In this document: positions 58,635 to 64,000 of the stretch, piece by piece | Position numbering within the stretch: position 1 is the stretch's first letter | Layout: the number at the start of each line of letters is the position of its first letter | Virus record (IMG/VR): IMGVR_UViG_3300045988_034366 | Length of the DNA stretch: 64,000 nt | Strand: one strand, 5' to 3' | Source of the DNA: a virus | Notes under the pieces: model-generated | What the model saw: the letters and a program-made list of their open reading frames with translations, nothing else | What the model was told of the DNA's origin: nothing | Database searches by the model: none | Program-made: the position numbers and the translations under genes

Positions 58635-59536
58635 TGAAATTGATTAAACCTTATTTTGAAATATGGGAACAGCCTACTGGTCTTGAAGGAGTTTATAAAC
58701 AGATTGAGAAGGTAGGTAGAGTATGTTATAAGTCTGAGGATAAGATAACAGAAGATTCTGCTAAGCCATTTGTAGATAGAATGATTAGGTCTGGACATGG
58801 TGCTATGTTGGAGCATGGAACTGCGTATTTGGAATTTCATGTTAAAGACCCATCTGAGGTAGGAGAAGAAAAGTATCATAGTCAGCAAAGTGAACTAAAT
58901 AAGCTTATAAGTAGGTATGCTAATAATAGATACTCTATAATAAAAGTAAATCATTATTATGATACTGTCTTCATAACTACTAATTACAGGGTATTAATAG
59001 AGAATAATTGGCTCAAAGACTTAAAGTATATCTGTGAACCTACAGTGTTCCATGAGAAGAGAGCTACTGTACACTTTGTATGTGACAGAGGTGTATCCCA
59101 TGAATTTGTAAGGCATAGAGTAATGTCTTTTGCTCAAGAAAGTACAAGGTATTGTAACTATTCTAAGGATAAGTTTGGTAATGAACTTACATTTATTCAA
59201 CCCTGTTGGTTGGATGATGAGAGGCTGAAACTATATGGACCTTATCATACTATTATAAGGGACAAATCTCCTGAGAGTATCTTCATTGCTAACTTAAATA
59301 ATGCAGAAAGAGACTATTTGGACTTAATTAGTCTTGGTTGGAAACCACAAGAAGCAAGAGCTATTTTACCAAACTCCTTAAAGACAGAATTGGTTATAAC
59401 TGGATTTACATCTGATTGGAATCACTTCTTTGACCTAAGAGCAAGAGGCACTACAGGTGCTCCACATCCTCAGGCTAAGGAATTAGCAGAACCTTTAATG
59501 GAGGAATTTGTTACAAGAAAGTATATTAATAACTAA
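58634..59536 (+). CDS. thyX: FAD-dependent thymidylate synthase ThyX
   Basis: ThyX signature RHRVMSFAQESTRY (RHRxxS...ESxRY). Confidence 0.85.
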   Translation: MKLIKPYFEIWEQPTGLEGVYKQIEKVGRVCYKSEDKITEDSAKPFVDRMIRSGHGAMLEHGTAYLEFHVKDPSEVGEEKYHSQQSELNKLISRYANNRYSIIKVNHYYDTVFITTNYRVLIENNWLKDLKYICEPTVFHEKRATVHFVCDRGVSHEFVRHRVMSFAQESTRYCNYSKDKFGNELTFIQPCWLDDERLKLYGPYHTIIRDKSPESIFIANLNNAERDYLDLISLGWKPQEARAILPNSLKTELVITGFTSDWNHFFDLRARGTTGAPHPQAKELAEPLMEEFVTRKYINN

Positions 59537-59552
59537 AATAACTAAAAAGATT

Positions 59553-60182
59553 ATGGCTATTGAGCAAATAAATCAGTTAAAGCAAGGTTCCATTATTAGT
59601 GAGAGTTCTCACTATATTGTGAACAGAGTGTCAGGTTCTACAGTCCATCTTAAACACTTTGAAAGTGATGAAGATGTTCAAATTGGTATCAGTTACTTGA
59701 AGAACTACACTAATTCTGCTGACCTTTATGATACTACAGTGGAAGTGACTAAGGAGGATAAGAAGGATGGTACTCTTGGCATTAGAAGTATATGGGAGAA
59801 TATCCATTCTGGTCAAGTATTTACTGTATGCTTCAAGAAGCAGGATAAGCCTAAGAGTAAGAGAAAGTTACAGGAAGAGATTGATGCTATTGTAGAACAG
59901 TTCTCAGATAGTATTGACACAGTTAAGAACAACAAGAAGGGTGTTGCAAATGCAGCAAAGAATCTTGTTACTGAGCTGGTTAATAATCCTGTACTCCCTT
60001 ATGAGGAAGGTGAAGATAGGGTTCTTAGAGGCTATAAGGTGCAATTTGCATCTAGGGATGGCAGATATGATTGTGTGGACATGGATATTGTCAGGACTGA
60101 TAAAGAGTCTGGCATTAGACCTGTTAATATAAACACAATTAAATGGCTTATATTTAATGGTGTAAAATACATTGTTAAATAA
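59553..60182 (+). CDS. hypothetical protein (209 aa)
   Basis: ATG at 59553 (MAIEQINQLKQG) is preferred over the track start at 59508. Last gene before terminator 60193-60233. Confidence 0.6.
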   Translation: MAIEQINQLKQGSIISESSHYIVNRVSGSTVHLKHFESDEDVQIGISYLKNYTNSADLYDTTVEVTKEDKKDGTLGIRSIWENIHSGQVFTVCFKKQDKPKSKRKLQEEIDAIVEQFSDSIDTVKNNKKGVANAAKNLVTELVNNPVLPYEEGEDRVLRGYKVQFASRDGRYDCVDMDIVRTDKESGIRPVNINTIKWLIFNGVKYIVK

Positions 60183-60192
60183 GTCAATTGAT

Positions 60193-60233
60193 AAGGGAGG
60201 ATAAGTTAAGTGCTTATTCTCCCTTAATTTTTT
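60193..60233 (+). terminator. intrinsic terminator
   Basis: 13-bp stem AAGGGAGGATAAG/CTTATTCTCCCTT, followed by AATTTTTT. Confidence 0.7.
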
Positions 60234-60243
60234 CCCATAATAC

Positions 60244-60275
60244 CTTGTGGGAAACAAACATTTTAATTACCTTTG
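60244..60275 (+). promoter_or_regulatory. Bacteroides-type promoter (CTTG-N20-TAccTTTGcac)
   Basis: -33 at 60244-60247 and -7 at 60268-60275. The ATG at 60299 lies 23 nt downstream. Confidence 0.65.
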
Positions 60276-60298
60276 CACAAACTAACAATTAATCAAAT

Positions 60299-63200
60299 AT
60301 GAGTACAACTTGTTATACTCCTGTAAAAGGAGTGGATGATGTCATAGCATCCAAAGTAGCTAATTGGACAGATAGCAGAGTAAGCTTGTTGAGGGGCCTG
60401 TATGATGAAAAACATCCTGATGCCCCCTTAGACACTTCAAATATTGATGAAGCTGCTAGCAAACTAGTATCTTTTAGAAAAGAATTAACCATTTCTAATG
60501 CTAAAGAAATCAATACATATGGTTCTAATTTAGCTAACACTTATGAGTCTCTTTTGAATACATTTAGTGCTGAAGATAGATTTAACAGAGTGAATATGAT
60601 TGCCTATATGTTCTCGGAAAGATTAACTGAATACGAGGAAGCTAATCCCAATTTAAATAGGAAACTTATTTGTAATGGATTTAATGTAAATGGCCAAATA
60701 AAAGGAGGTCAAACTATGTTATTTGAATCATTATATAATGAGATACTAGATTACTGGGCAGAAGCAGTAGAAGAGGGTGAAACCCATGATGCTGATGAGT
60801 ATAGAAAGGTAATAGAAAATTGGCCAGCTCTAGTTGCATATGCAAGAATGAGACTAAGAGACACTGAGGAATTGAAATTAGGAAACAAATTAGAGTACGC
60901 TGATGATGCTAACCCTGATAACTTTGGTGATAATAATTTATCTGACTTATATAACACAGAAGAATCCAAAAGAGAAGGATATCAAGAAATAAATGATTAT
61001 CAGTCTGCTTTTAGTTCTATAGGTAAAAAAGTAAGAAGATTCTTAGGAACATTACAAAAGATTGAAAAAGGAGAAGAAGTTATAGATGACTTAGGATGGC
61101 CTGTTATGCTTGACCCTGTAAAGGCACATCAGTCTCTTTTAGATATGCTAAGGGGGGCAAACTCTGAGACTAGAATGATGAGTATGCTAAGGGAAGCATC
61201 TCAGTCACAAGAGTGGCTTAACCCTGTTATAGAAGGTCTTGAGGGTGATAACTTACTTAAAACTCAGTTCTATGTAGACTTAAAGAGGGCATTTCAGCCT
61301 TACTCTATTCTAATTGAGGAGTTTTCTAATGGGCTTAGAACATTTAAAATTAAGCTGCTTAATAGGGCCAAAAATCTTCTATCTGGAAAATATATGACCA
61401 GAGTATTATATGGAATACCTGTTAATTCTAGAAACTCAATATACAATTCTAATGGTAATGTCAATTGGGAAAACTTACAGAAACTCAGAAGTCTTGTACA
61501 TGAGTATCTAGATAACAAGCAAGAGGTATTTGCTGGTGTGCAATCTAGCAAGCCTGCAAAGTTCTATATAGCTAAGGGGCCTGAGAGAGTGTCTAGAGCT
61601 GAGCAAAAAAGAGTATTAGTGCAGATGACAGAAGCTCTTGAGATTGACATTGATAGTGCTACTTTAGATAGAATAATGTCTAATCCTAGAGATTTGAGAA
61701 ATTTGACTAATAACATAAGAGATGCCATTACTCAAGGATTTGAAAGGGTACTAAATAAAGCTACCTTGGATGCTATGGATAATGGCAATTACTCCTCTAT
61801 TTCTAGCCAAAAGTATAAGAATGTCTTAAAGGCCAAATATGCTGCCTCTACTGCTAAGCAAGGTGCTGTCAGGGAGAAAATTGATAAAATCTTGACTGTA
61901 GTTAGTAAGAATAGAGAGGGGCTTAGGCTAGAGAGTAGAGTAAGACACAAGGATAGAAAGGGCAAAGGAGTTACTTTGTTTAGCTATGTCCTTCCATCAT
62001 ATCTTAGCGACCTCATGGATAGTGTTGAAGGGTATGTTAAGGCTAGAGATACTCAAGGTCTTAGAAAGATGCTAGAGGAGAAGTACCTAAACTCTTCCTA
62101 CTTCAGAGACAACGGAGTTATCCTTAACAAGTGGCTTGAAGAGTTATACAATAGTGACTTGTCAAAGGATGATAGTTTTGCAGCTAATTTTAGTTGGAAT
62201 AGATTTCTTGGAGATACTAATGATAACTTTGAGAATTTTACCAGTAAAAAGCACGCTATAGCAATGCTATCTGACTTCTTCTCTGATAGACAGCAAAGTC
62301 CAAATAGCAAATATGCACACTATCCTGTCTTCATTCTAGGTGATAGCGGGGTATCTAAAAGCATAAGAGCTAGAAGATATTCAGCTCAGGAAATTTTAGA
62401 TGGTCTGTATAATGTGTACAGGCAAGAGTGTAGAAGAATGTCTTTGACTAGAGCAGCTAATGAAAAGCTCAAGAGAGATGGATATTCCACTATTGATAAC
62501 TTTTCTGAGAAAGAGAATGAGTTTACATTCCTTCCTTTCTTAAACCAATCTTTCAAAGGGAGAGACATTTCCAGCATCTCTGAGAAAGAGGTTAAAGATG
62601 CTATTAAGTCATATATGAACCAAGCTGTAAAAGACTTCAAAGTTAAACTTGATGAGCTTGGAGTTCTTAACACTGTAACTAAGACTGTACAAGGCAAAGA
62701 AGTAACTTCATACGAGTACCTTAGTCAGGAGGCTAAAAGTGAGGAGGAGCTTGATAGGAAGCTAGCAGATTTCTATTGGAATACAAAGTTTGCTACTATA
62801 CAGCAACTCCAAATGATGACCATAGACCCTGCATATTATAAAGGAACAAAAGACCTTCAAAAGAGATACAAGGAGATTCATGCTCCAGGTAAGCTCTTAA
62901 GTCTTGAAGCTAGGGATTTCAATGGTGAGCTTTATAGTGCTGATGGTATTGAGAGATGTGTGTACTTCGATGATATTGAGGTAGCAGCAAATCCCGCATT
63001 CCTTGAAGCAATAAAAGCTCATTTTGGGGAAGACTCAAGATATGCAAAGTATCTAAGTAATACTCTTACTGATGGACAAGGATATAGAACTCTTGACTCT
63101 TATAGGAAAGTTAAAGGAATGTCAGGAGAGTGGACTAGGGAAATGGAAAATGCCTACAATGAGATTAAATCTCTTAGGTCTAGATATGGAAAGGAAGATG

Positions 63201-64000
63201 ATATAAGTCCTGAGGACTTAAAGAAAATCGCTGACTTAGCTATAGTTTTCCAACCTATAAAGCCCTACATGTACACTGTTGAGAACTATGCTATAAATGA
63301 TACAGATGTTCTTAAAATCCCTGTTCAGCACAAGTATGCTGAAGCTGTATTGATTCCTGAGCTACTTCCTAAAGGAAGCAAGCTTAGAGATATGGCCTAC
63401 TGGATGGAAGAGCATGTAGATGAGAATGGCAAGTCTGCTCCTATAGACCTTATTGGTTCTACCAAGATTGTCAAGGTAGGAGGATTTGGTTCTACTGCTA
63501 TAGACTATAAGACCAATGAAAAAAATCTCTATGTAGATTCTAATGGTGATGTAATACCAGTAGAGAAAGGTAAAGACCTTACTAGGGATAATCAAAAGAA
63601 AAATCCTAATTTCTCTAAACTTGCTGTTTCCATCTCTGAGCTAGATAGTTTACATTCAAATTTAAGTAAGGCTTATGTCCATCAATTGAGTTATAATGAC
63701 TATAGAATACAAACTAATGTGCCAGAGCATATAAATAGCTCACAGCTATTTGGTACTCAGGTTAGAAAGTTAATCATGGCACATATAAAAGAAAATGATT
63801 ACCATTATGAAGATTACATAGGTGGAAATAAAATCAATCTTGGTGGCAAGTTAGGAGTTACTAGACTCAACGGTAGAAATCTTGTTGCCTTCTACAACTC
63901 ACTTATAGTGGCAAATATATTAGAGTCCTATGATTCTTTTGCAGCAGAAGCTTCTGACATAAAGAAACTTAGTGATAAATTATTACAAACTACTATAAGC
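60299..64000 (+). CDS. giant ORF, N-terminal 1234 codons (continues beyond the window). Candidate virion-packaged giant protein of the crAss-type block.
   Basis: I translated the frame codon by codon from the ATG at 60299 (an in-frame TAA lies at 60290) to 64000 and found no stop. Only short minus-strand shadow ORFs are listed here in the track. It has its own promoter and follows a terminator. No polymerase motif was seen in this part. Confidence 0.85.
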   Translation, partial: MSTTCYTPVKGVDDVIASKVANWTDSRVSLLRGLYDEKHPDAPLDTSNIDEAASKLVSFRKELTISNAKEINTYGSNLANTYESLLNTFSAEDRFNRVNMIAYMFSERLTEYEEANPNLNRKLICNGFNVNGQIKGGQTMLFESLYNEILDYWAEAVEEGETHDADEYRKVIENWPALVAYARMRLRDTEELKLGNKLEYADDANPDNFGDNNLSDLYNTEESKREGYQEINDYQSAFSSIGKKVRRFLGTLQKIEKGEEVIDDLGWPVMLDPVKAHQSLLDMLRGANSETRMMSMLREASQSQEWLNPVIEGLEGDNLLKTQFYVDLKRAFQPYSILIEEFSNGLRTFKIKLLNRAKNLLSGKYMTRVLYGIPVNSRNSIYNSNGNVNWENLQKLRSLVHEYLDNKQEVFAGVQSSKPAKFYIAKGPERVSRAEQKRVLVQMTEALEIDIDSATLDRIMSNPRDLRNLTNNIRDAITQGFERVLNKATLDAMDNGNYSSISSQKYKNVLKAKYAASTAKQGAVREKIDKILTVVSKNREGLRLESRVRHKDRKGKGVTLFSYVLPSYLSDLMDSVEGYVKARDTQGLRKMLEEKYLNSSYFRDNGVILNKWLEELYNSDLSKDDSFAANFSWNRFLGDTNDNFENFTSKKHAIAMLSDFFSDRQQSPNSKYAHYPVFILGDSGVSKSIRARRYSAQEILDGLYNVYRQECRRMSLTRAANEKLKRDGYSTIDNFSEKENEFTFLPFLNQSFKGRDISSISEKEVKDAIKSYMNQAVKDFKVKLDELGVLNTVTKTVQGKEVTSYEYLSQEAKSEEELDRKLADFYWNTKFATIQQLQMMTIDPAYYKGTKDLQKRYKEIHAPGKLLSLEARDFNGELYSADGIERCVYFDDIEVAANPAFLEAIKAHFGEDSRYAKYLSNTLTDGQGYRTLDSYRKVKGMSGEWTREMENAYNEIKSLRSRYGKEDDISPEDLKKIADLAIVFQPIKPYMYTVENYAINDTDVLKIPVQHKYAEAVLIPELLPKGSKLRDMAYWMEEHVDENGKSAPIDLIGSTKIVKVGGFGSTAIDYKTNEKNLYVDSNGDVIPVEKGKDLTRDNQKKNPNFSKLAVSISELDSLHSNLSKAYVHQLSYNDYRIQTNVPEHINSSQLFGTQVRKLIMAHIKENDYHYEDYIGGNKINLGGKLGVTRLNGRNLVAFYNSLIVANILESYDSFAAEASDIKKLSDKLLQTTIS

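Noticed and set aside
60299-64000. The absence of any long ORF in the supplied track after 60.3 kb suggested non-coding DNA or stop-codon reassignment (TAG/TGA recoding occurs in some crAss-like phages).
   Set aside because: Manual translation shows an uninterrupted standard-code ORF of 1234 codons. It is missing from the track only because it has no stop inside the window. No suppressor tRNA (CTA/TCA/TTA anticodon) was found.
1-64000. Lysogeny functions (integrase, repressor/attP) and a diversity-generating retroelement.
   Set aside because: I saw no tyrosine- or serine-recombinase motifs, no reverse-transcriptase YxDD motif, and no template/variable repeat pair in this window. The 75-aa excisionase-type HTH alone is not evidence for integration.

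Overview
AT-rich 64-kb stretch that reads as most of a crAss-like (Crassvirales-type) Bacteroidota phage genome. The family call comes from gene content, gene order and Bacteroides-type promoters, not from a database search.

- Left arm (1-20.6 kb, minus strand): late morphogenesis and packaging operons. These include the large terminase, portal, a scaffold-like protein, a ~500-aa capsid candidate, two connector-like paralogs, fibre-like proteins and a lysis-like cassette.
- 19.9-23.3 kb (minus): 23 canonical tRNA genes plus one aberrant tRNA-like gene. Three more tRNAs lie on the plus strand at 27.9-28.4 kb.
- 25.3-31.1 kb (plus): about 20 small orphan early/accessory ORFs with a repeated CATCACTCCTCC motif.
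- 31.5-60.2 kb (plus): replication, recombination and nucleotide-metabolism module. It holds an SF2 helicase, a DnaB-like ATPase, a Sak4-like ATPase, an SSB-like protein, a Toprim primase, UDG, PD-(D/E)XK nucleases, NrdD/NrdG, dUTPase, a family A DNA polymerase, a PNK-like kinase and ThyX.
- Introns: the exonuclease, nrdD and DNA polymerase genes are each interrupted by a group I intron. Each intron carries its own homing-endonuclease gene and its own host-type promoter.
- Main candidate system: an E1-like/JAB(MPN) gene pair with three orphan neighbours sits inside the replication block. It may be a ubiquitin-like conjugation module.
- Right edge: from 60299 an ORF of more than 1234 codons runs off the window. 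It is absent from the supplied ORF track because it has no stop in the window.

All functional calls rest on motifs read by eye. No searches were run.
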